Origin: Abditibacterium sp.
GTDB lineage: Bacteria > Armatimonadota > Abditibacteriia > Abditibacteriales > Abditibacteriaceae
Length of the DNA stretch: 64,000 bases
Reading direction: 5' to 3'
Assembly: GCA_965199495.1 (NCBI GenBank)
Contig: CBDASK010000003.1
Span: 832,001 to 896,000 of the forward strand
Below the pieces are notes generated by a model that was not told the origin of the DNA, did not search any database, and was given only the letters and a program-made list of their open reading frames with translations. This document shows positions 1 to 8,638 of the stretch, piece by piece; the stretch's first letter is position 1, and the number at the start of each line of letters is the position of its first letter. Made by a program: the position numbers and the translations under genes.

Positions 1-4
1 TCGG

Positions 5-150
5 TTGCATCCGTGCCAGCGAATGAATTCGCGGCTGGGAGGCTAAAGCCGGAAGTCCGCCTACGCGGACAAAATGCCATCGCGTCCCCGCAGGGGGACG
101 CCCGGCGGAACGCCTCCCAGCCGCGAATTCATTCGCTGGCACGGATGCAA
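5..150. repeat. REP/REPIN-like long inverted repeat (39-bp arms, two small inner hairpins)
   Basis: ttgcatccgtgccagcgaatgaattcgcggctgggaggc (5-43) is the reverse complement of 112-150. Confidence 0.85.
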
Positions 151-231
151 AAGGTCTAATAAACCGCTTGCTTCAACGCGTTGTGATTTGAATTTTGGCG
201 GGGCACAAGCCCCGCCGACGTTTGAAATTGC

Positions 232-1680
232 TTACAAACGCCGAGTTGGGCGCGGCGCTGAACGATAGGAATCATCGCGCGGCAGATTGACGACTTCCAA
301 TGTTTGCGCGGCGCGCGCGCGTTTGCGGCGCTGGCGCAAAGCGGCGCGACGGCGCGCGGCGATCAAAGCCAAAACGAAAAGCGTGCCCGCGCCCGCCAGC
401 AACAGCGTGCCGTAACGTTTAATCGGCGACCAAAAACTGACGCGTTGGCCAACGGCGGGGACGGTTTTCGCCAGCAGAGTTTCGGGCACCGCGCCCGCCG
501 CCACGAGCGGAAAGCGCGCGATGGGTTTGCCATCAGCCCAGAAAACCGCGTCGCCCACGCGCGCGCCTTTTTCGATGGGCGCTTTTAAATCGCGCAATTC
601 CAATTTTTCTTGGAGCGAAGCCGACTCTTGATCGCGGAGCGGCAAGCGCGCCTGACCGACGGTGACGGCTTCGAGCGGAAACGCGCCGCCCGCGATGTCG
701 CCCGTCCACATCTGCGCGCCATCCTTGCCGACTTGCTGCGGACGATATTTCGCGAACGCGCGTTTGAGCAAAACTTCGCCATCGTTGAACGAACTGCCCG
801 GCATTGACTTCATCGTGACCGCCAACAGGCGCCACGGTTTGCCCGTCGTCGGATCGGGCATCGTCGCCGTCGCCACCAGACAGTTGCCCGCCTGACGCGT
901 GTAGCCGGTTTTGAGGCCGTCGCATTTGTCCCAGCGCCACAATAGTTTGTTGCGATTGAGCATCAATCGCGTCGGCCCGATTTTCCAGTTGCCATTAATC
1001 GTCACCGTTTTTTCGTCGGCGATCTGGTTCAAAACCGGGACGTGCGTCACCGCCTGCGCGATGAGCGCCAGGTCGCGCGGCGTGGTGTAATGATTCGGGT
1101 CGTGCAGCCCGTGCGGATTGACGAAGTGCGTGTTTTTCAGGCCCAATTCTTTGGCGCGGGCGTTCATCAACGCCACGAATTTGGCCTGCGTGCCACTGAT
1201 CCCTTCGGCCATATCCACGCACGAATCGTTGGCCGAGTGCACCAGCGCGGCTTCGAGCAATTCTTTCAAGGTGTGATTTTCGCCCGCCAACAACCCGATG
1301 CCGCTCTCGCCCGTGGCTGCGGCGGCGGGCGAGGCGCGAAGTATCTGGTTCAAATCGCCCTTTTCGGTCGCGACCAAACACGTCATCAACTTGGTTGTCG
1401 AGGCCGGAAATAAGCGTTTGTCGGGATTGCGCGCGTCCAAAATGCGGCCCGAATCCAAATCCATCACCACGTAACCGACCGCCGTAATCGGCGCGGGCGT
1501 GGCGATGGGCACCGCACCGAGCGTCGCTAAGGGCGGCGCATTGAGAGGCGCACCGGGCAATGCAGCCACGGCGGGTTTACGTTGCGGCACAAAGTCGCGC
1601 GCAAAGGCGGCGGGCGCGACGCAAAACGACGATGAGAGCAATAAAACTGTGGCAAAAATGGGGACGGCGCGCGAAATCAT
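232..1680 (-). CDS. D-alanyl-D-alanine carboxypeptidase (peptidase S11, PBP5/DacF-like) with C-terminal TM anchor
   Basis: SxxK (ASTTK), SxN (SAN), KTG (LKTGYT), NPHGL motifs; signal peptide. Confidence 0.93.
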   Translation of the reverse strand: MISRAVPIFATVLLLSSSFCVAPAAFARDFVPQRKPAVAALPGAPLNAPPLATLGAVPIATPAPITAVGYVVMDLDSGRILDARNPDKRLFPASTTKLMTCLVATEKGDLNQILRASPAAAATGESGIGLLAGENHTLKELLEAALVHSANDSCVDMAEGISGTQAKFVALMNARAKELGLKNTHFVNPHGLHDPNHYTTPRDLALIAQAVTHVPVLNQIADEKTVTINGNWKIGPTRLMLNRNKLLWRWDKCDGLKTGYTRQAGNCLVATATMPDPTTGKPWRLLAVTMKSMPGSSFNDGEVLLKRAFAKYRPQQVGKDGAQMWTGDIAGGAFPLEAVTVGQARLPLRDQESASLQEKLELRDLKAPIEKGARVGDAVFWADGKPIARFPLVAAGAVPETLLAKTVPAVGQRVSFWSPIKRYGTLLLAGAGTLFVLALIAARRRAALRQRRKRARAAQTLEVVNLPRDDSYRSAPRPTRRL

Positions 1681-1770
1681 CTCTTTTAATTTTACGAAAA
1701 CGAAAGATGCACGGATTTGGCGCCACCTAAAGAAGCGGTGGATATTTTCCGAACTTCACAGGAAGTTCAC

Positions 1771-1799
1771 TTGACTTCCTCTTCGATTCTTATTATCAT
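1771..1799 (+). promoter_or_regulatory. sigma70-type promoter TTGACT-N17-TATCAT, probably leaderless transcript; palindrome GAACTTC-N4-GAAGTTC just upstream (1751-1768)
   Basis: Consensus-like boxes at 17-bp spacing; ATG 7 nt after the -10 box. Confidence 0.6.
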
Positions 1800-1806
1800 C
1801 TATTCA

Positions 1807-2367
1807 ATGAAAAAAGCGTTTATCCCTCTTCTTCTGGGCGCGTCGCTGTGGATTATTCCGGCGCGCGCCTATGAAGAAGCCGATTTAATCGCCCTCGCGC
1901 GCGCCAATGTCGAGGCGGCGGTGCAAAACAAAACGCCGCCCGCGACCAGCCACGGCGAGCGGGCGCGCCCGGTTTTCGTGACGATTGAGCGCGCGGGCCA
2001 AGTCATCGGTTGTCGCGGAACTCTGCAAGCGCGTTTTGGTTCGCTCGAAGCCGAAGTTGGCAACGCGGCCCGCAGCGCCGCGCGCACCGATCCGCGTTAT
2101 CGGCCACTTACGCCCGCCGATTTGAAAAATTATTTAGTGACGGTGACGGTTATCGAGAGCCAGACGCCGCTGGAAATTGCGGACATCAGTTCGCTGCAAC
2201 GGGACGAAGGTTTGGTGTTGCAAAGCGGCAATCGCGTCGGCGTGGTTTTGCCGTGGGAAGGCAACGATGCGCGCGTTCGCTTAGGTTGGACCTACAAAAA
2301 AGCGGGCGTCGCGCCCGGCGCGAGTTGCCGTTTATATCGGTTGCAGGCGGAGCGGTTTCGCGGTTAG
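1807..2367 (+). CDS. AMMECR1-domain protein with signal peptide
   Basis: VFVTIE..G..GCRGTL, A..DPRY.PL, EGLVL..G..GVVLP, KKAG motifs; N-terminal hydrophobic stretch ending ARA. Confidence 0.85.
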   Translation: MKKAFIPLLLGASLWIIPARAYEEADLIALARANVEAAVQNKTPPATSHGERARPVFVTIERAGQVIGCRGTLQARFGSLEAEVGNAARSAARTDPRYRPLTPADLKNYLVTVTVIESQTPLEIADISSLQRDEGLVLQSGNRVGVVLPWEGNDARVRLGWTYKKAGVAPGASCRLYRLQAERFRG

Positions 2368-2382
2368 TGATGGAGAGTTTCA

Positions 2383-2545
2383 ACCTTTCACACCCCCTCT
2401 GTCCTTCGGACATTTCCCCTCCGAAAGGGGGAGAGGCGCTAAAACCGTCCGTTACTCGCGAAATTTGCGGCAATGTCGAGGGGAGAAGCGCCTCTCCCCC
2501 TTTCGGAGGGGGAGATGTCCGAAGGACAGAGGGGGTGTGAAAGGT
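2383..2545. repeat. Long inverted repeat (~58-bp arms, CCCC..GGGGGAGA-type hairpin element)
   Basis: acctttcacaccccctctgtccttcggacat...gaggcgct mirrored by agcgcctc...atgtccgaaggacagagggggtgtgaaaggt. Confidence 0.85.
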
Positions 2546-2590
2546 GATGATCACTTGAAAACATAATTTCCTTAAAAAGAACAATTCCCC

Positions 2591-5500
2591 ATGAAAATCA
2601 CCTCAATACTCGCACTTTTACTTTGCTTTTGCGTCCCAACTTATGCGCAAACCAAAATCAAACAGCAACCGCCGACGGTCAACGTCGGCGTCGGGCGCGA
2701 TGTGGCGCCGGGACGCAAAATTCAACTCACGATCAACACGCGCAACCAGCCCAGCGTCAACGTTTCGGCGTGGCGCTTGAACGATTTCAAGTGGTTGCTC
2801 AATCGCGAGCGCAGTTCGCGCCCGCGTCCGCAAACAAGCGGCAGACCCGATTTGTTCTTCAAATCGAGCGTGGTTGCGCCCAATGAAAAGCCGAACAAAT
2901 ATCAAATTGACGTTTATCGTTCGCGCCAGATTAATTTGCCGTTGACGCGGCCCGGCGTTTATTTGGTCGAGGCCAGCGGCGGCGGCGCGTCCGATTGGGG
3001 CGTGGTCAACGTCACGAATTTGGCGGTTGTGGCCAAGCGTTCGCCGCATCATTTGCTGAGTTGGGTCACGGATTTTCACAGCGGCAAAGTTGTGACAAAT
3101 GCGCGCGTCGAATTGTGGAATCGCGATGGCAACGCAGTAAGCGGAGCGCGCAACCAAACCGGCGCCGACGGCGCGGCGCTGTTAAAAACTGGCGGCGGAA
3201 CCGATCAAGTTTTGGTCGTGACCAAGGGCGACGACGCGGCGGGCGTGACGGTTTCCAACGCCGAACCCGACGGAAAGTTAAAAACGCATTTTCAGACCGA
3301 CCGACCGATTTATCGGCCCGGCCAAACCGTGTTTTGGAAAGCCATTTTGCGCCGCACCCAATCGAACGGCTGGGCGCCCGTGGCTGGCGCCGAGTGCGCC
3401 GTGCAAGTGCGCGATTCCAAAGATGTCGTGCTGTTTCAGGAAACCGTAAAAACCGACGCGCGCAGCACGTTAAACAGTCAAATTTTGCTGCCGCAAGAGG
3501 GTTCGCTGGGCCAATATTCGATCACGATTACGCCGCCGGGTGAGGACGCGCAATACGGCAGTTTTACCGTCGCGGCCTATCGCAAGCCGGAATATCAAGT
3601 CCAAATCGAACCGCTCCAAAAGCGATATTTAGCGGGCGAAACCGTCAAATTTAAGCTGAGCGCGACCTACTTTTTCGGCGCGCCCGTGCCCAAAGCCACG
3701 GTGAAATATACCATTCGGCGCTCGCCGTTGCCGTTACAATGGAAAAGCGGCGACGACGATGACGTGGATTATTTTTACGGCGGCGACGGCAATCTTTACG
3801 ACAGCGATTCTTATAACCAAAACGATGCCGTCGCCGACGAATCGGCGGATTTGGACGACAAAGGCGAAGCGGTAATCAGCGTGCAATCGCCGCGCGATGC
3901 GCCCGACGCGACTTATACGATTTCGGCGACCATCACCGACGGTTCGCGGCGCCAAGTGGACGGAAGCGCCAACGCGCCGGTTTACAGCGCGGCCAAACGC
4001 GTTGCGGTCGCGGGCGAAGTTTCGTATGTGCCGGTCGGCTATTTGATGCCGCTGCAAATTCGCGTCGCCGATCTGGACGGCAAACCGACATCGGGCACGG
4101 TGAATTTGGAACTGCAACAACCGGTTTACAACGAAAAAGAAGGACGCTACCGTTACAAGAAAATCACCTCGACAACGGTGCAAGTGCCCGCGAGCGGCGT
4201 CGCCAAAGCGACATTGCCCGCGCAAAGCGAGGGAACGTTGCGGGTGCGCGCGACTTTAGCCGATGGCGGTGGGCGCACCGCGATTGCGATGTGGGATTTC
4301 TACGTTTCCGGCCCGATGAGTTCGTGGCAAAGCGAAGACAAATCACCGACTGTCACGGTCAAGCCGGATAAGCGCTCGTATAAGCCGGGCGAAACCATGA
4401 AAATTTTGGTTTCGACGAATGTCAAAGAACGTCCGATTTTGGCGACCATCGAAGGTTTGGACGTGTGGAATTATCGTGTGATCGGGGCGGGCAACGCGAG
4501 CTTTATCTGGAAAGTTCCGGCGCGCCTCGAACTTTCGCCCAATGCCTACGCCGCCGCCGCGCAGTGGACGCCAAACGGTTTAATCGGCGACAACAAAATT
4601 CTGCCGATTCCCGACCCGTCGCGCAAATTATTGGTCGAAATCAAAAGCGACAAAACGATTTACCGGCCCGGCGAAACCGCGCATTATACGCTCACGACGC
4701 GCGACGATGGTGGCAAACCGATTTCCGCCGAAGTCGCCGTGGCTGTGATTGATAGCGCCTTACTCAGCATTCGGCCCGACAACACGCCCGATTTATATGC
4801 GACGTTCTGGGCCAATCGCGAAAACTTCGTCGCGACTTCTTCGTCGGCGCCGACCGAAGTTTCGGGCGGCGCGTATCAGCGCGTCGGCAAAACCGCCAGC
4901 ATTCGCAGCGTTTTCAAAGACACAGCTTATTGGAACGCGCGCGTCGAAACCGATAAATCGGGCATGGCGAAATTTGATGTGCAAGTGCCCGGCAATCTGA
5001 CGACGTGGAAAGCTACGGCGCGCGCCATCACCGCCGATACGCGCGTCGGCATGGCGGAGTCTTCGATGATGGCGACGCGGCCCGTGACGATGCGTCTGGC
5101 GACACCGCGCCAATTAGTGCAGGGCGATGTCCTTGATTTAATCGCCAGCGTCAACAATCGCACCGACAAACCGCTCGATTTGGAAACCGCGCTGTCGGCG
5201 CAGGGATTATTGATTGAGGGCGCCAAAACCAAGACTTTGCCCGCGCCTGCTAAGGGCGAGGCGAAAACGACGTTTCCGATTCGCGCCAATTCTCTGCCCG
5301 AAAACGGCGAAGCGGTTTTGACCGGGCGCACCTTGGCTTCGAGCGCGACCAAAGAGAACGCCGAAGATTTGTCGGACGCCTTGGAAAGTCGAATTCCGGT
5401 TTTGCCCAACGGCATCGCACGGCGCATCGTGCAGGGCGGCGCGTTGGAAACCAAAATTGACGCAAAAATTCAATTGCCCGACGACCGCATCGAACCGGCG

Positions 5501-6886
5501 ACGACGGCGACTCTGACCATCGCGCGCGGATTTGGCGAAGTCGCGCAGGGTTTGGGCGCCGATATTTTGCGCGGCGACCGCGAATCGGCGCCCGACGCGG
5601 CGGCGCGTTTGGTGGCCGTGGCTCTGCTCAAGCCCGATGGTTGGAAACGCGAGGCGTTGGAAAATATCGCCATGTTGGCGCGCTATCAAACCGGTCAGGG
5701 CGGCTGGAATTGGTGGGAAGATCAGCGCCCCGATCCGCGCGTAACGGCGTTCGTTTTGTCGAGCTTAGACCGCGCGCAAGCGCTGGGCGTGACTGTGCCC
5801 GAAGCGCTCAAACAGCGCGGCATCGGCGGCGCGGTTCAGCTTTATAACAGCAACGGTTTGTGGGAAGAGCGCGCCCTGCTCGCCTCGGCGCTGGCGATTA
5901 ACGGCAACAACGACGGCGACCGTTTGGCCGAGGTGCAGCGCCGGGCCGAAGATTTATCGCCGTTCGCCCGATTGACTTTGGCCGAAGCGTTGATTTCGGT
6001 CAAACGCGAGGCGCAAGCGCGCGCGATATTGGACGACGTTTTAAAAGACGCCAACATCGGCACCAGCGTGGCTTCGATTCCCGTCGGCGCGCGCGATGGC
6101 TGGGAAAACGGCACATCGGACGCAACTGCCGCCGCGCTTTCGCTGTTGCTGCAACTCGACACCAATCGCGCGTTGCAAAGCAAGTTCGCGCGCTTTTTGT
6201 CTTATTCGGCGGATTATCAAAGCCGCGATAGCCAGACCAACCGTCTGCGCGCCTTGTGGAAATACGACCAAGCGCATCCCGGCGCGCGCGTGATCGGCGC
6301 GTTGACGGTGACGCTCAACGGACAAAACGTGAAAGTGCCCACCGAAGTGGATTACAAACCGCTCGAAATTCCGCTCCCGCGTTTGTGGAAAGATGGCGAC
6401 AACATTTTGCAAATCGAGCGCGACGGAACGGGCGAAGTGTTCTGGCAAGTCGAGGCGCGCGTATTTCAGCCAGCGAGCGTCGAAGTCGGCAAAAACGTGC
6501 GCGTTTTCCGGCGCTACGAAACGCAAAACGCGGCGTTGACGTGGCGCGAATTGGACGGCCCGGTGAAAGTCGGAAGCCCGGTGCGTTGCACCGTTGTCGT
6601 CTGGCCCGACGACCGCGCCGACGCTTTGAAAGTCGTCGAGCCGATTCCGGCGGGCTTTGAATACGTGGATTCCGACGGCGATTACGGGAAAAGCGGCGAC
6701 ACCGAAGTGCGCGATGGCGCCGTCGTGCATTACCTGCACGGCAACGGTTTGCCGGTGACGTTTCGCTATTATTTGCGAAGCGAAACCACGGGCCGCGTCA
6801 CGGCTTTGCCCGCGCTCGCCGAAGTCGTGCAACGGCCCGACGCGCGCGGCAATTCGGACGTGACGAAGTTTGTGGTGACGGAGTGA
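2591..6886 (+). CDS. Bacterial alpha-2-macroglobulin family protein (MG domains), no CxEQ thioester motif
   Basis: TDRPIYRPGQTV, YRKPEY, R..F.DTAYW, PGNLTTW, Q..GGWNWW motifs; signal peptide. Confidence 0.92.
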   Translation: MKITSILALLLCFCVPTYAQTKIKQQPPTVNVGVGRDVAPGRKIQLTINTRNQPSVNVSAWRLNDFKWLLNRERSSRPRPQTSGRPDLFFKSSVVAPNEKPNKYQIDVYRSRQINLPLTRPGVYLVEASGGGASDWGVVNVTNLAVVAKRSPHHLLSWVTDFHSGKVVTNARVELWNRDGNAVSGARNQTGADGAALLKTGGGTDQVLVVTKGDDAAGVTVSNAEPDGKLKTHFQTDRPIYRPGQTVFWKAILRRTQSNGWAPVAGAECAVQVRDSKDVVLFQETVKTDARSTLNSQILLPQEGSLGQYSITITPPGEDAQYGSFTVAAYRKPEYQVQIEPLQKRYLAGETVKFKLSATYFFGAPVPKATVKYTIRRSPLPLQWKSGDDDDVDYFYGGDGNLYDSDSYNQNDAVADESADLDDKGEAVISVQSPRDAPDATYTISATITDGSRRQVDGSANAPVYSAAKRVAVAGEVSYVPVGYLMPLQIRVADLDGKPTSGTVNLELQQPVYNEKEGRYRYKKITSTTVQVPASGVAKATLPAQSEGTLRVRATLADGGGRTAIAMWDFYVSGPMSSWQSEDKSPTVTVKPDKRSYKPGETMKILVSTNVKERPILATIEGLDVWNYRVIGAGNASFIWKVPARLELSPNAYAAAAQWTPNGLIGDNKILPIPDPSRKLLVEIKSDKTIYRPGETAHYTLTTRDDGGKPISAEVAVAVIDSALLSIRPDNTPDLYATFWANRENFVATSSSAPTEVSGGAYQRVGKTASIRSVFKDTAYWNARVETDKSGMAKFDVQVPGNLTTWKATARAITADTRVGMAESSMMATRPVTMRLATPRQLVQGDVLDLIASVNNRTDKPLDLETALSAQGLLIEGAKTKTLPAPAKGEAKTTFPIRANSLPENGEAVLTGRTLASSATKENAEDLSDALESRIPVLPNGIARRIVQGGALETKIDAKIQLPDDRIEPATTATLTIARGFGEVAQGLGADILRGDRESAPDAAARLVAVALLKPDGWKREALENIAMLARYQTGQGGWNWWEDQRPDPRVTAFVLSSLDRAQALGVTVPEALKQRGIGGAVQLYNSNGLWEERALLASALAINGNNDGDRLAEVQRRAEDLSPFARLTLAEALISVKREAQARAILDDVLKDANIGTSVASIPVGARDGWENGTSDATAAALSLLLQLDTNRALQSKFARFLSYSADYQSRDSQTNRLRALWKYDQAHPGARVIGALTVTLNGQNVKVPTEVDYKPLEIPLPRLWKDGDNILQIERDGTGEVFWQVEARVFQPASVEVGKNVRVFRRYETQNAALTWRELDGPVKVGSPVRCTVVVWPDDRADALKVVEPIPAGFEYVDSDGDYGKSGDTEVRDGAVVHYLHGNGLPVTFRYYLRSETTGRVTALPALAEVVQRPDARGNSDVTKFVVTE

Positions 6887-6904
6887 ATAGAAAATGAAAC
6901 AGAG

Positions 6905-7031
6905 TTTCAATTTCGCCAATGTAGTAGGGGCGGGGTTTCCCCGCCCAGACGGAGGTAACCATGAATAAGAAGAGGCTCCATCAGATTTCGGGCGGGGGAA
7001 CCCCGCCCCTACTACATTGGCGAAATTGAAA
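6905..7031. repeat. GTAG-type REP doublet (GTAGGGGCGGGG-n3-CCCCGCCC) with inverted outer flanks
   Basis: 42-bp arms, 1 mismatch, 43-bp loop. Confidence 0.85.
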
Positions 7032-7057
7032 TTGGGCTTCGATCCACTTCAACCAAT

Positions 7058-7930
7058 ATGAAACCCCAACTCACCATCGCCCTACTCTGCGCGCTCGCGA
7101 CGTGCAGCCACGCCGCGCCGCTCGTGGGCGAAAAGTTGCCTGTAATCGAACTCGCCAACGCGCGCGGGCAGACCAAAAGCGCGTGGCAAAGTGGGCGCGT
7201 CACCGTCGTTTCGTTCGTCGCGTTTTGGTGCGATACCTGGAAACCGCAATCGCAACGCCTCGACAGCGCGCGCGCCGAACTACGCGGTTTGCCGGTGGAT
7301 TGGACGTTTATTTCGGTGGATGGTCGTTGGAGCGGTTTGGCAAATCAGGGCACATGGAGCGACATCGCGCGCGGCGCATTGCTCGATAGCGGCAGCCGTT
7401 GGACGCACAAACTCGAAGTTTCGAGCGTGCCCTATACGCTGGTTGTGGATGGTAACGGCACGATTCGCTACTCGGCACAGGGCATCGCGCGCGGCGCGCA
7501 GTTGCGCCCAGCGATTGCGGCGGCTCTGTCTAATCAAGCGCCGCAAAACGGCGTTTTGCATCTGGCCTTCGACGATTTCCCTTCGCGCAATCCCAAAATG
7601 GACGACGAATTGTTGGACATTTTGCGCGCGCGCAAAATCAAAGTCAGCTTCTACGGCGACCCGGCGCGCTTGAAAATTTCGCCCGCGATCGTGGCGCGCG
7701 CGCGGCGCGAAGGCCACCAAATTCACGGCGTGTTTTCAAGCGCAAACAAAAGCGTAGTTGATCCGTTCGATTTCAAATCGCCCGGCGAAAACGAGATTTT
7801 GCGCCGCGCGTCGGGCGCCGTGGCTGCTAACAAGACACTACTATTGCGCGTCGGCGTGCGCCAGACGCTCAACGTTTTGCCGCGCTTGCTCGATTCGTTT
7901 CAGGCGCGCGGTTTGGATGTCGGCGCGTGA
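7058..7930 (+). CDS. Secreted TlpA/redoxin-like domain fused to a degenerate NodB-type polysaccharide deacetylase domain
   Basis: FVAFWCDTW, ISVD, VPYTLVVDGNG (thioredoxin fold); LAFDDFP..ELLDILR..KVSFY..REGHQI (NodB-like). Confidence 0.75.
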   Translation: MKPQLTIALLCALATCSHAAPLVGEKLPVIELANARGQTKSAWQSGRVTVVSFVAFWCDTWKPQSQRLDSARAELRGLPVDWTFISVDGRWSGLANQGTWSDIARGALLDSGSRWTHKLEVSSVPYTLVVDGNGTIRYSAQGIARGAQLRPAIAAALSNQAPQNGVLHLAFDDFPSRNPKMDDELLDILRARKIKVSFYGDPARLKISPAIVARARREGHQIHGVFSSANKSVVDPFDFKSPGENEILRRASGAVAANKTLLLRVGVRQTLNVLPRLLDSFQARGLDVGA

Positions 7931-7936
7931 AACGCG

Positions 7937-8022
7937 AAAAGGGGCGGGTGCTCTGCGCCCTCTTCCAAACTTTGGTTACTTAAAAACCGTTTGGAAAAGG
8001 GCGCAGAACACCCGCCCCTTTT
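7937..8022. repeat. Inverted repeat (34-bp arms, CGCCCTCTTCCAA family) between convergent genes
   Basis: Arms 7937-7970 / 7989-8022, 2 mismatches; core shared with 49023-49100. Confidence 0.8.
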
Positions 8023-8035
8023 ATCTGCAAACTTT

Positions 8036-8638
8036 TTAAAAATACCGTTCGCACATCCGGCGCGAGGCCAAATCCAAATGTTCGCAGTTGGGCACTTCGT
8101 AGCGGCGGCCTTCGGTATCGGTGATAAAGATGCGCGGATAACGCGCGTTTTGCACGTCCTCGTTGCCCGCGATGTGAAACACGATTTCGCGGCCCATCGT
8201 CAATTGGCCGGGCTGCGCTTCTTCCTTTTTGACGCCCGCTTTTTTCAGCAGACGCAATCCCAATGCGGGCTTGATGCCCATAGGAAGTTGCGGTTCGTCG
8301 TCGCCATTGTTTTCGACTTCGACGGCCCAACGAATCAAACCCGAAATAGGGTCGCGCTTGATGGACAAAACGCGCTCAATGATCGTCGCGCGATACATCT
8401 CGTAAAGCTCTTCGGCCAACAGTTGGCGCGAGTCCGGCTCCAAGTCATCCAAATGGCGAATAATGCCGATCTCTTTGCCGTCTTCGTCGCTCAAAACGAT
8501 GAACTCGTCGGGCGCCGAAAGCGGAATCGCGCGGCGCGGCGGCGCGATTTTCACGCACTGGCCGTCCATCTTCAAAATCAAAGCGCCATCGCGACACTTG
8601 ATCTTGATTTTGTTGGCGCACAGAAAATGTTTGTCCAT
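8036..8638 (-). CDS. DUF1854 domain protein
   Basis: RAIPLSAPDEFIVL.DEDGKEIG.I..LDDL, ITDTEG.RY....LD..SR; TAATG coupling to upstream ABC gene. Confidence 0.85.
   Translation of the reverse strand: MDKHFLCANKIKIKCRDGALILKMDGQCVKIAPPRRAIPLSAPDEFIVLSDEDGKEIGIIRHLDDLEPDSRQLLAEELYEMYRATIIERVLSIKRDPISGLIRWAVEVENNGDDEPQLPMGIKPALGLRLLKKAGVKKEEAQPGQLTMGREIVFHIAGNEDVQNARYPRIFITDTEGRRYEVPNCEHLDLASRRMCERYF

Noticed and set aside
7225..7245. Selenocysteine in the redoxin active site
   Set aside because: The codon is TGG (Trp), not TGA, and the ORF is open
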